A stretch of DNA of 64,000 bases from contig JAWQFM010000012.1 of assembly GCA_033442325.1 (NCBI GenBank), positions 933,333-997,332 on the forward strand, given 5' to 3'. The translations under genes were made by a program, and so were the position numbers. This document shows positions 23,757 to 36,955 of this stretch, piece after piece (position 1 is the stretch's first letter; every line of letters begins with the position of its first letter). The DNA comes from Salpingoeca rosetta (taxonomy: Eukaryota; Protista; Choanoflagellata). A model generated the notes under the pieces. It was not told where the DNA came from and made no database searches. It worked only from the letters and a program-made list of their open reading frames with translations.

Positions 23757-26037
23757 ATGGCGGGCATCACGGGAAGGGAGATGTTCCTGGCATCGCTGAA
23801 GAGGAGGGGTGACCATGGCAGCGGCGGTGGATTCACCAGCAGCAGGAGCCTTGGAGGAGGAGGCAGCCACAGGACGCCGTTCTTGAAGTCGCTGATGGAT
23901 GACCTGAACGCCAATCGGCCCACCACCTATCGCTCGACGTTGGGGGACGACGATCGCCGAACAGCAAGGTCATCCGCCTCTTCGCTCAGGGGTGCTGCAC
24001 ATGCGTACGGGCGGCCAACCACGCGACGAAGGCAGCCACAGGCGCCACCACGCAGGTGCGCCACATGGAGTGCACACGCGCGTTCATGTGTGTTGCGGTG
24101 CTTCCAGAACATGCGTGCTGCTTGAGGATACTGGTTTGCTTGCTTGCTTTCTCCGTGTTGGTGCTCACATGTCCACACATGGTCATGCGTGAACGTGTTG
24201 CGGTCAGGCGAGAAGATGATCTGGCGGATATGGATGCGTCAGACAAGATGTACCAGCTGAAGAAGGAGATTCGGGCGTGGCAGACGGAGAACAACGTCCT
24301 CAAGGGCGAAGTCAACGCCCTCAAAGTCAAGCTCTTCAAGAAGGTATGTGCCACAGCCAGTCAACCACGAAGGGCTTCCCAGTTTGATGTCGGTTGCGAT
24401 TGTAGCTGTTGTATGGCTCTCTTGTGTTTTGTATGTGTGTGTGTGTGAGAGAGAGTGTGTGTGTGCTTGGTTCCTGCCTGACGTCGCTTCTTGCCTGATG
24501 TGCCTGCGATGTGCGCACGATGTAGGAGCGTGCGCTGCAGAGCGTGTTGGACGAAGCTGCCCAGGATCCCCAAGGCCCGACAACACGGCCCAAGGCCACA
24601 AACATGCACTTTATCGCCAAGCTCAAGTCCAAGGTATGTCATGTTGGTCGCTTGAATGCACGTGCACGTTGCACTCGTTCCATTGAGATGCATGTGCATA
24701 GTGAGGCATCTCATGTATGCTCATGTGGAGGCAACATGACATAATTTGCTGATATCCTGCAACTGTTGTTGATGTGTGTGCACGTGTGTTCGCTCGTGTG
24801 CTCGTGCCCAGGTTGCCGAGTCTGAGCAAGAGTCGCAGCAGCTGCGGGAGCAGCTGGACAGCGTACAGTCAAAACTCAAATTCACGCGCATTGAAGAGCT
24901 GGAACTCGAGGTGACGACGTACTACAACGAGACGCTCAGGCTTCGCGCCATGCTCAACCAGGTACCCCTACCAGTGTATATGATGCGTGTGTTTGCGTGT
25001 TGTTTGCACGTTAGAAGCATGTGCATGTCACATGCAGGTTAGGTGCGTGCACATCTGCGTTTGCGTATGTGCGTTCGATCCTTCATGCTGTGTGTGTTCG
25101 ATCATTCGTGTTACGTCCACCTCATGCCATGAGCGCCCCTTCTTCCTTGCAACAACGCCAGCAACACCGCGGGGGACGCGCATACGGCAGTGACGAGGAC
25201 GACAGCGATGGGGAGCAGCAGGCGTCGTCATATCTGCCGCCATCGGCCACGCGTGCAAAGGCGCTCAAGGAGAAGTGCATCTTCCTCGAAACAGAGAACG
25301 AGGTGCTTGGTGTGTGTGTATGCGCGCGCGCGTGTGTTTGTGTGTGTGTGTGTGTGTGTTCGTTCATGTTGTTTGCTGTGTTTGGTTTTGTGTTGACATA
25401 CGCACACACTCATCCCGCCCGCTCGCATGTGTACGCGCATATGTTAGGACCTCAAACGGGAATTGGAGGAGACAAAGGCCGAGGCCAGCCGCATCAAGCA
25501 AGAACTCGGTAAGCTGTCGGTTGGCGAGCAGCAACGTGCACACGTACATTGAGGGAAGGAGGTGCAATCGTGCTCGGAGTTGTACTTTACGTATTGTGTG
25601 CTGTCGTGAGCACACCCCCAACATACACATATACACACTCAACCACACACATACACGCACACATATACACATACACACATACACACATACATACACACAT
25701 ACACACATACATACATACATACATACATACACATACACATGTACACTCATGCACGCTCACTCACTCTTGCATCAACATATACGCGCACACACTCCAATAC
25801 GCAGGCGGTGCGGATGGCGACGGCGCAGATGGCGATGAGTTTGGACGCATGTCGCGTGCGCAGCTGCTCGAGGAAGCGCGCGCCATGGCAAAGGACCTCA
25901 AGGTACAGAGTTGTAGCGAGGACAGTGATGGTGGCGAGGACGGGATGGGCAACTGTGTTTGGCAGATTGGGTTGGAGTGGGTTGGATTGCATTGGCTGGA
26001 ACTGACAGCTCAACGCAAACTGTCTCTCACTCTCTCA

Positions 26038-26068
<31 letters not shown>

Positions 26069-26211
26069 TCACACATACTGGCACGCAGGCGTTGCAGAAG
26101 AAGACGAAATCGCTGCAGACGAAACTGGACGATGCGACAGATGCACAGAAGGAAGCCGTTTCCGACAGCAAAAAGCTGCAGCGCAAACTCGACGCTGCCG
26201 AGAAGGGTGCG

Positions 26212-26282
<71 letters not shown>

Positions 26283-27344
26283 CTTGAGTACAAAACTCCT
26301 GAGATGCCAGTGATTCATCGCACGTAGGTCACCATGCCTGAGCCCGCATCTTGTTGCGCTCATCTCATGCGTGTTTCTCTCCTCCCAAACACACACACAC
26401 ACACACATGCACACATGCACACACACACACGAACTGCAACCATCCGTCCTGCAGATGTGTCGTCGTTGGAGGAGAAAGCGCGCCTGCTGGAGGCAAACAA
26501 CAGGGCGCTGCTGCAGCAAATCCGTGACAACCCGTCAGCCTTACGCGACAACATACAGCCACTGCTCGACGCCCACGCCTCCACGCTCACATCGCGACTG
26601 GCCAAACTTGACGAAATCGAGCCGCTGCTACAGAGCCACTCGTCGCAGCTGGAACAGAAGTTGAAGGCGCTGGAGGAGCAGACGAGGGCCGCGCGTGATG
26701 CCCAGCAGCAGCGCGCAGATGCACTCGTCGCAGCGTAAGTGGCCGTCTCCTTTGCAGCCATCGCGGCAGCAATGTGTTCAACAACAGCGTGTCTGTGCAT
26801 GTGTGTGTATGTCGGTGTGTGTGTGTGTGTGAGTGTGTGTGTGTGTGTGTGTGCGGGCGTACGTTGAGGGAACTGGTGGTGCTGACATGAACAGCAGGTG
26901 GTGGTGGTCACGGTGTTGTCATGTTGCTGCTCCTGCTTGCTTCACCACCACAGTGCCTCCACTTTTCTTCGCATCCATGCGTGTATTTCCCCGTAACATA
27001 TTCGCTCATACGCTCTTCACATTTGCGCACGCGCGTGTGTATGCGTGTGCACAGTATGCCGGCCAATCCTGATGACGGGAAGGAGAAGGACAAGGCTGCT
27101 CGCAAACTGCAGCGACACTGGCGCAAACACAGAGCACGCGAGTCGCGAAAGGTCAGGCCTAGGCTGTGCTTCGTGTGCGTGCGTGTGTGTGTGCGCGCAC
27201 ATGTGTGTGCGTGCACATGTGTGTGTGTGTCTACTCCTATGCCCACTCATCCTACCATCAATGGCCTGGGCTGTACTGTACAGAAATCGGAGCTCGACGA
27301 GAAGATTTCAAAGCTCCAGGCCGGTGAGTGCCGCATTTGCAGAT

Positions 27345-27375
<31 letters not shown>

Positions 27376-27691
27376 GCAACCCACAGATTACACATAACAG
27401 GCACATACCTGTTGTACACCCGCGCGCGCGCGCACACACACACACACATACATTCTTCTTCCCTGTTGACGTGCTGTGGTTGCGTGGCTGTGGATGTGTG
27501 CAGTACTGCGGGCGCACGCTGGGCGGAAGCGGCTGCTGGCAGCATTGGAGGCGCGAAAATGGGAGGACGAAGAAAAGCGAACGAGGAGACGAAAGGCAAA
27601 GGTGAAGCGACAAAGGCGGCGGCGGCACGCTGATGACGATGATGATGATGATGATGATGACGATGATGATGATGATGATGATGATGATGAC

Positions 27692-27729
<38 letters not shown>

Positions 27730-28207
27730 GGAGGAGAAGGAGGAGGAGGAGGAGGACGACGACAGTGGTGATGAGAGGAAAAGTACGAATCGCAAGAAGC
27801 GTACCGGCAGGCGAAGGACAGGCAGGGCGCATAACAGTGACCAGGAGGAGGAGGAGGATGAGGATGAGGAGGAGGATGACGACATTCAGAAGAAGCAGAA
27901 GCCAAACCGACCACCAACACGCGACAAGCCAGCGCAATCACGCCATAGATTCGCATCAAACCGGCGAAAGGTGTTGGAAAAGCAGACTGCGCAGCGGCGC
28001 AAGCGGCGAGACAACGCTGGCGATGATGGTGATGATGATGATGATGGTGACCACAGCGACGACGAAGCCAGTGGCGATGAGAGGAAGCGGGCTGGTGCTC
28101 GTGCGCGCGCGCGTGGTGACGACGACGACGATGAGTCGACGACAGACGATGATCTCTCGGCGAGCCATCCCGGCCTACAACTGCCAATCGAGGACGACCT
28201 GTTCTGA
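23757..28207 (+). CDS. IQCE: IQ domain-containing protein E-like (coiled coil + 2 IQ motifs + acidic tail), multi-exon
   Basis: DKMYQLKKE...FIAKLKSK/VAESEQ...KFTRIEELELEVTTYYNETLRLRAML resembles the conserved IQCE block (T..EE......YY.E..RL..LL). IQ-like AARKLQRHWRKHRAR and ISKLQA/VLRAHAGRKRL. Poly-Asp tail; stop at 28205-28207. Confidence 0.7.
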
Positions 28208-28967
28208 ATGGCAGCGATGGGCGCTGTATATGTGTGCGCGCGTGTGTGTGTGTCTGTGTGTGTCTGTGTGTGTCTGTGTGTGTGTCTGTGTTTTGGGGTG
28301 TGTTGCGGGTTCGGATTCGTTTTGATGAACAGTGACTATGTTGATGCTGATGTTCCTGTTGGTGCTGGTCGTATTGGCACTGTTGTAGTTGTCGTGGTTG
28401 GTTGTTACAAAACAGGTGCTTGCATTCCATGAATGTGCACACCTCTTCCTAGTTCTGTTTGTCCATCTCATTTCACCTGTACATTCGTTATGCCATGCAC
28501 CCGAGCACAACCAACAGCTCTGGGTTGCTTTTTACCTTGCTTGCTTGTTCGTCTGATCTTTCACGCCTCAATGTAGGTTTCATTTGCACGTTTACGCTCA
28601 CAATGTCAACGAAACAACTAAATCGTCGCCATCACATGTCGCACCATCGCCAGAGGCCATTAAGAACAAGCACAACACGTTTGCCACAGCACACACACAC
28701 ACACACACACACACCACACCACACAAGCCCACGTGAGTGCAAGCAAGCCAAATCAACACAGCGGCCACGGCGGGAATGTGCGGCGATCGTCACATAAGGA
28801 CACGCGCACAATCCAATGTGCGCATGTGTGGCATGACGGAAACATGGAGGAAGAAGAAGAAGAAGAAGAAGAAGAAGAAGAAGAAGAGGGGAAGGAGGAA
28901 GGGTTGGACGACAGTGTCCGATGGGCAGTCGGGGCGTGTGCAACACGCGTGTGTGCCCTGACTTGCC

Positions 28968-29383
28968 TCAGGCCTTCTCCTCATAGCTGGCAACAGAACA
29001 GCGCGAAGCAAGGTGAGGATGTAAGAGTGAGGTGACGCGGGCCATTGTTGTTGATCGATATGAAAATAGTTGAGTATGGGGAGGAACGGCAAGGAAAGTG
29101 ATTGTGGTTGCTGTGTGAATGTGTAGACAGGCAGGCCGATGAGCAACAAAGACGCACCCCTTCTTAGTCTTCTCCTTGATGAGCTTCTCCATGGCCTTGC
29201 GCGCGGCTACAGTGGGGATGACAAGAGGATAGAGGGTGGCACAAGGGTGGCGTCAACGGGATGCACAATGACTTGAAGGCGACCTGATCCGCGCAGTACA
29301 CACAAGTGCACGTACAACCGCAAGTGCAAGCAAGCACAAATACAGACAGACAGTGACAGACGGACGGACGGACGGACGGACAG

Positions 29384-29471
<88 letters not shown>

Positions 29472-29838
29472 TCGGCGGAGTCGTGGGTCTTTGAGTTCTT
29501 GGTGCCGCTCTTTCCAACCTTGCCATAGCGCACATACACCGTCTTGGCATCAAGGCGCACCTCCCAGAACTTGCTGCTCTTGTCATCAGTCAGCTCATAG
29601 TAGTGCTTCTCGCCTGCGTGTGAACACAAAGGATGAGCAGGTTACAAGAGTGAGCGGGAGAGAAGAAGAGGAGGGGGATTAATGAGATGTATCAAGTACA
29701 ATCATTCCACGACTCGTACACAAACACACAGACACACAGACACACACACAGGTACAGGTACACACACACAGACACACAGACACACACACACAAACACACA
29801 CACACACAGACACACAGGTACACACACAACCACGCACA

Positions 29839-29885
<47 letters not shown>

Positions 29886-30534
29886 CAACGCCACGAACCG
29901 GTCTCGGCGGTGCCATCAGCATCGCCATCGACAGCGCCGTCGTCATCTGTTGCTGCCTCGTCGGACTTGGCGGCCGCGTCACCGTCAACAACGGCAGCTG
30001 CAGGCTCGGTGTCAGACGTGCCATCCTCCGTCGCGGGGCTGCCTTCTTCCTCCGACGCCACCTTGTCCTCCTCGCTCGTCTTCTTCTGCTGTTTTGGCTT
30101 GCGTCCGTTGGCCTTCTTGGCAGCAGGCTGCTTCTTCTGTGCCTTTGGCTCCTTTGCAGGCGCTGCGGGGATGTCGTCGGCGTCGGCGCCCGTCGCGCCC
30201 GTCACCAGGTCCTTGGTCACGGCGTACCCTTTCTTCTTCTTGTCGCGGATGCTCTTCAGGGCAAATTTCTTGGCCGTCACCTCGGAGTCGTGCTCCTTCG
30301 TCTAAGCGACATAGGTATGGGTGAATGGGGAATTGACAGACATGGGTGAGGGTATGTGTGAGCAAATGCATGGGCGAGGGTGTATGTTGGGATGTGCGTG
30401 CGTGTGCGTTGACATAATATGCGTTGCGGCGTGTCGTTTTGTGCGTGAGGATCCGAGTGTCCATACGTGCCAATGACACACTTGAGAGTTGAGAGTGCGT
30501 GCACCCATCTCCCCCCTCTGTGTCTGTCTGTCTG

Positions 30535-30605
<71 letters not shown>

Positions 30606-30877
30606 GTCCATCTCCCTCTCTCTCTCAAGCTCACGCTCAGCTCCTCAGAGAGGCGCCGGCACCAGCGCCAGCGCCAGGTACAGCTGCATCTCACCTGGCG
30701 CGTGCCCTGCTTGCCCTCCTTGCCATAGCGGACGTAGGTGGTCGTGCCGTTTTGCTTGATCTCCCAGAACTTGGCCTGGTCCTTGCCGTCCTCCTTGAGC
30801 TCGAGGTACTTGCCATAGGTGAAGGTCTCCTCAACCTTGGCCTTCTTGGGGCGGTTGGACGAGCGGGTGGCGGGCAT
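28968..30877 (-). CDS. Tandem WGR-domain protein (two WGR domains, no catalytic domain); 5 exons
   Basis: [48 protein letters not shown]...DKKKKGY and [66 protein letters not shown]. Confidence 0.88.
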
Positions 30878-31351
30878 CGTTGCAGCAGGCGGCGGTGTTG
30901 GCAGTGTTGGCGGTGTTGGCGTGCTCGAGCTTGATTGAGCGCGAGAAAGAGCGAGCGAGCGAGCGGTGATGCGCAAACGAACGAGACGCGGGCGACGGGC
31001 AGGCAGCGCGGGTGAGGAAAAAATGGCGTCGCGCTCACGCAAAACAAGCCATGACGGTCCGTCCGTCTGTTTGTTAACAAACAAACCAGGAACACAAGCC
31101 GGCAACTCAGTTGGCGCGGGCAATCACCCGCCAGTGAGGTGGCAGTTGGAGTGTGTGTTGAGTGTGCAGTTGCGACACATCTGCCACCACCACTGCAACC
31201 ACACAAGCAAGCAAGCAAGCCAAGAACAACACGAGTCCTTCGACGACTGAATTCAGTCGAGTCACATGTCTACAGTATGCGACACCACAAATATATTGTG
31301 CGCAAGGACTTGGTTGCTCGCTCTGCCGCCGTTTTTTCAACAACGGACATT

Positions 31352-31604
31352 ATGACGAGCGTGTGTGGTGCTGTGGATGAGCAGGCGAGGGCGCTGGTGA
31401 AGGTGCTTGCCAGCGCCAGGACGGGCGCGTCCGCACTGCCGCCATTCAACCCAGCAACGTCAGCCACACACCGACGTGCCGGCGAAGGAAGGTGTGTTGT
31501 TGTTTAAGTTGTTGTTGTTTAAGTTATTGTTGTTTAAGTTGTTGTTGTTGTTGTTGTTGTTGTTTTTGTTGCTGTTGTTGCTGTTGTTGTTGTTGTTGTT
31601 TAAG

Positions 31605-31639
<35 letters not shown>

Positions 31640-33193
31640 GCTTCATGGGAAGCAACCTTGTCAATCCTTTGTTTGACCTCAACTCACTACCACCATTGCG
31701 TTGCACATCCATTTGTGACACCGAAATAGATTGGAGAAACTGTGTCAGCAGCGTGTGAACCTGGCTACCCAGGCCATCTTTGAGCGAGGCCTTCGCGAAC
31801 AAAGGGATCTCGAGCACAGTCACAGCACAGAGGATGAGTTGTATGACAAAATGGATGAGCTGAACCAAAGCCTCCGACAGGTGGGCGATCATTTGCGTCA
31901 TTTTGTGTGTGCGTGTGCGTGTGTGTGTGCGTATGTGTGTGTATGAACGCGCGTGTTTTTGTTCGCTGCTCGGGAAAGCTATTGACCATCTGTGCGCAAA
32001 ATGCAGGCATACGGCCAGCGGCGAAGGGAAGCGGCACTGGTCCGAAGGTGTGTGGTGTGATTTGGTGTGTGTGCGTGTGTGATGTGTGTATGTGTGTGTG
32101 TGGTGTGTGCACGTGTGTGTGTGTATCAACCGCATCTTGAACACCTTGTACACGCAATACGCACGTGCACAAAACATAAGCTTATACACGCGCAGTTGAT
32201 GTGCTTTCACATGCATCTTATCTCTTTCACACCAACTTTGCCCTTGTACACGCCATTGCTGTTGCCCGGTTGTTGCGTGATGGCAGCATTCACGACAGTG
32301 CTGTTGTGACAGAAGCAATGTACAGCGAAGCTAGCGAAACCACAACAGAGGTGTGTGCTCGTGCATGCTCATGTGCACGCCGCCTTGTCATACTCTTGGT
32401 ATTGCACTCGCACAACCTCAACCTCACTGCTTGCATCGTGTGGACTCACGGTTCGATGCATCTTGTCGTATGTTGGGCGGGGGCGAAGCTTCGAGGCAAG
32501 ATCCAGCAACGGGATGAGCTGTGCTCTGCTTGTCTTCGTCTCTCCGACGTGAGCGCACGTGACATGATCATGCGGCTTGTGCATGCGTGTCGTGTGTGTA
32601 TGTGTGTATGTGTGTGTGTGTGTGTGTGTGTGCAAATGTGTGTGTGTGTGTGTGTCATTTGTGTGAGGTGTGTGCACGTAAATGTGTGTGCGTGTCATTT
32701 GTGTGAGGTGTGTGCGTGTAAACGTGTGCGTGTCATTTGTGTGAGGTGTGTGAGGTGTGTGCGTGTGTGTGTCATATGCACTTGCGTTGGCGTGGTTGAG
32801 GTTTGCAGCCTCCATCGTCCATCACTCTCACCCACAGCCAACGTCGATGCAATGTCCACCACCAGAGATATCGCGACCTCACGCAGGAGCTGGAGATGAT
32901 CAACGCCGATATTCGAGAGTACGGCACGCAGAACACACGTGTTGTGACTGCCATCGTCTGCTCCTGTACATAACACTCTCCACACTCACACTTTATGCAC
33001 AGTCGCACACACACGCACACGCGCACGCGCACACTCACACGTACCTCCCCGGCTCATATGCTTGCTGGTTTGTATTGCGCCTTTTGCGTGTGGAATGCCG
33101 TGTCACGCCCACAGCACCATGCTCAGGAATCGGCAGATTTACAGCGATATTCAAGACCTTGAGCAACAGCTGGAAGCAGGAACCCAGGAGGTG

Positions 33194-33271
<78 letters not shown>

Positions 33272-33757
33272 TTGTCGTGTTGCTGTACGCGTGTGAGCGC
33301 ATGCTGTGCACAGGTGCTCATGTGCGAGCAACACCACCACAACAAAACAACACAATAGCCGCCGAGCCAAGCACTTGATAATGAGCGGCAGAAGTTGGAG
33401 AACGAGTATGTGAAAAACGCCATCCTTCGCAACACCTTGCAGGTCAGCCTCTGCGCACGCGCTTGTGTGTATGTGTGTGTATGTGTGCACGTGTGTGTGT
33501 ATGTGACTACGGTGAGCGTATTCATGTGTTGTTTGCGTGCGTGCGTGCGTGTGTGCCTGTGGTATGCTTTCGATCTCACGCTGGCCCAGCCTTGGGCGAG
33601 GATCACAGCTTGTTCACGTTTCCGTCACAATTCCACTGTTGTTGTCATGTGTGTGCCGTAGCTGTTGATTGTGGCGAGCGGCGTCGACTGGGCGGCTGAC
33701 GAAAACTTGCTGGAGACCATGCTGTCCCTGGACGAGCGTCCATCTTTTGATTCATAG
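31352..33757 (+). CDS. CENPH: Centromere protein H-like (multi-exon)
   Basis: Coiled-coil exons end in ILRNTLQ/LLIVASGVDWAADENLLETMLSL, matching the CENP-H/Fta3/Mcm16 C-terminal signature (Q.LI..S.V.WA.D..L...L). Confidence 0.75.
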
Positions 33758-34031
33758 CCAACGTAACGTCCCTTGTGTGTGTGTGTGTGTGTGTGAAATA
33801 GTGAAGTGAGAGTAGTGAGAGACGAAGGAAACAGTGTGTTGTGCGTGTGCGTGGTGAGTTGTGTTTTGTGTGCGTGATGCTGGTTTGTTTTATGTGTAAA
33901 TGCTCTTGCCTGCACTGGTTCACCGGTTCCAATACAAAACACAAAGAAGAAGGTGGGGGCAAACGTGAACACCATGGAAGTCACAATGTCAAACAGCAAG
34001 TTGCAGCACAGCACAGCACACCGCCAAACCG

Positions 34032-34047
34032 AAAAAAAAAGAAAAAA
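34032..34047 (-). terminator. Pol III oligo-T terminator of tRNA-Arg
   Basis: T6 and T9 runs on the minus strand immediately 3' of the tRNA. Confidence 0.8.
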
Positions 34048-34051
34048 GATG

Positions 34052-34125
34052 TGACCATGCAGGGACTCGAACCCCGAATCTCCTGATCCGTAGTCAGGCG
34101 CCTTATCCAATTGGGCCACACGGCC
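34052..34125 (-). tRNA. tRNA-Arg(ACG)
   Basis: GGCCGTGTGGCCCAATTGGATAAGGCGCCTGACTACGGATCAGGAGATTCGGGGTTCGAGTCCCTGCATGGTCA folds as a cloverleaf, with anticodon stem CCTGA/TCAGG and T-loop TTCGAGT. Confidence 0.96.
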
Positions 34126-34289
34126 ATTTGATGTCAGGAAGAGGTCGAAAATGCCTTCACAATTCCACGAGCCAGTTCTTGCTGTCGTTGTCCATGCCAA
34201 CGCGACCGACCTGTTTGCCTTGCCGTTCCTCCTTGTTGCGTTCAACCAACCCAAAGTCGCTGATAGTCGCTGACAGTCGCGCAAGCACC

Positions 34290-34452
34290 ATGGCCTCATC
34301 CCTTGACGGAGGGTACCAGGTCGGTGCTTGTGTGTGTGTGTGTGTGTCTGTGTGTGTGTGTGTGTGTCTGTGTGTGTGTCTGTGTGTGTGTGTCTGTGTG
34401 TGTGTTGACAAATCGGAGATCGAGCCTGGTTTCTTGCACACCCACGCACCCA

Positions 34453-34504
<52 letters not shown>

Positions 34505-35895
34505 ACACACACACACACAACTCCCCCCTCCTCTCTGGCACTGTGCTGCACAAGTTTGTTGCTGCTTGCCGGCTCATGTCACACCCGCCTGCTTGCCGTG
34601 TGTGTTGCCTTGAACGACCAGGGCGTGTACATCTTTTTCCTCGTGGTTTCCCTCGTGCTCATGCTCTCTGCAGCGAGTTTGCCCACTTGGTTCAACTCTG
34701 ACACCTCAAACGGATCCTGCGGACCAATCACATGTACGTGTGCGTGCGTGCGTGCGTGCGTGTGCGTGTGGGTGTGTGTGTGCGTGCGTGTGTGCGTATT
34801 TGTACCTGTTCGCGCGCGTGTGTGTGTGTGTGTGTGCATGCGTTTTGCACCTCCTCAGTGTGTCCTTTACTCACAAAAGCCTTCATCACCTGTGCGTGAG
34901 CAGATACAACGGATCGCACACAAGCCAACAACATCCATCTGTGGTGTAAGCTGCCCTTGTTGACACGACGTGTTGCTGTTCTCATGTGCCTGTGCTTTGC
35001 CACTGTTTCTGCACTGTGGTTCATCGTCACAGGCATAACATGTCTTCTTGCTTTGTTCTACCTGTGTCAGCGCCATATGTGTGGGAGTACGAGGTTGAAT
35101 ACTGGAAGTACAGCGCCGTTGCATTATGCATCTCTGTCGTTCTCATTCTGGCTTCCACCTTGGGAGCGATATCACCGTGCTGTTGCTGTACATTCTACCT
35201 CGTAAGCACTGTGCCGTTTGTTGTGTGTGTGTGTGTGTGTGCCCTGTGTGTGTGTGTGTGTGTGCCCTGTGTGTGTGCCCTGTGTGTGTGCCCTGTGTGT
35301 GTGTGTGCCCTGTGTGTGTGTGCCCTGTGTGTGCGACCTGTGTGTGCGTGTGTGTATTGTGCTGCGCTTGCCTGACGTGATATCATCTCCTGCATTCTTG
35401 CGCGCTGCAATGCCGTCTACTCCACACCTCTTTGTTTGCCGTGTACTCACACTGGTGATGTTGTTTGTTTCTTCGTGCCGCTGCGTTGACGACATTCCAT
35501 CCCGACACAGAACGCCCTCATCTACGCGCTCACTGGAGCCGGTACGAAGGAGGACGGGATGATTTGCACAGTGCATGCTTGTGCACACGAGTATGCGTGT
35601 TTGCGCGTGCGTGTGCATGCGTGTGTGCGTATGTGATGCTGTTGAGCTGCTGCGGTGGCTGTCTCATGGTTTCGCCTGCTTATCTCACTGCGGTGCGCGC
35701 TTCTTTCTTACCTTGTTAACTGCACCACCTCCAAGTGCTGTTCGCCATCTTGGGGATTGTGTTGTTCAGCGCCGGGTTCCCGGACACGTCCCTTCAGGAC
35801 GACAGCAACGACGAGCCCGTCAACCCCGAGGTGTTCATGCGTGTGTGAAAATGGGCGTGTGCGTATGCGCGTGCGGGTGCTGGTGTGTGGGTGCT

Positions 35896-35973
<78 letters not shown>

Positions 35974-36114
35974 TGTGTANNNNNNNNNNNNNNNNNNNNN
36001 NNNNNNNNNNNNNNNNNNNNNNNNNNNNNNNNNNNNNNNNNNNNNNNNNNNNNNNNNNNNNNNNNNNNNNNNNNNNNNNGCATTTCAGGAAAAGCCAGTC
36101 CTCCTGCTTACGCG

Positions 36115-36166
<52 letters not shown>

Positions 36167-36375
36167 CACACACACACACGCACGTACGCACACGCACACA
36201 CACACGCACACACACGCACACACACACACATTCATACACACTCATACACCCCATCCCAGGCGCGTGCGCTGCTGTAACCACTACCATCTGTGCGGTGATG
36301 GAGTGGCTGCTGCGGGATGCGAGATCGCGTCGCATCCACCCGCTCGATGACGAAGACAGGATGTTCTACGAGTAA
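34290..36375 (+). CDS. Four-TM claudin-superfamily (LHFPL/PMP22-like) membrane protein; one exon probably in gap 35980-36079
   Basis: [34 protein letters not shown]...[56 protein letters not shown]1 followed by P.W and TM3 ending F..GF fit the claudin-clan layout. Confidence 0.6.
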
Positions 36376-36955
36376 ATACCCGCATACATGTACTGCGCGT
36401 CAAAGCCATGTGTAGCTTGTGAGCGCGTGCGAGGCCGGCTTCCGCTCCCTTCTTGTTGACTTGTTTCCTCTTGAACGATTCCTCTGGCTGATACCATAAT
36501 TGAACCCATTGTGGATGCTTAACGATCCTTCCACTGCTTGTGCGGCACTGGTTACTGGCGCCTCCTTGTGTTCTCTCATTGTGGCTGCTGTTCGTGCAAA
36601 GCACTGTAACGAGAGCGCCTGCTTCTGCCCTGTGCGTTGATCGCACACCACCAAGATAAATAAACATCAATCCCTACCGTTGTGACGGCAAAGTTAACGC
36701 CAGCAAGCCAGTCAAGCAAGCGGCTTTTCCATTCACGATAGCAAGCCAGTCAACTGCAGCAAGCAGGCTGTCGCTGCAAGCAAGAGCAAGTCCTTCCAGC
36801 TTGCCTTGTCGACAAGTCATGGTAATTTTACATAACCATCGTCAGGCTTCGCACCACAAAACAAAGCCAACAAGAAGCCAAGCAAGAAGCAAGCAAGCAG
36901 CAAGCGGAGACCAGGAGCAAGACGAAAAGAAGCTCGAACCAGCCATCAAGTCATC

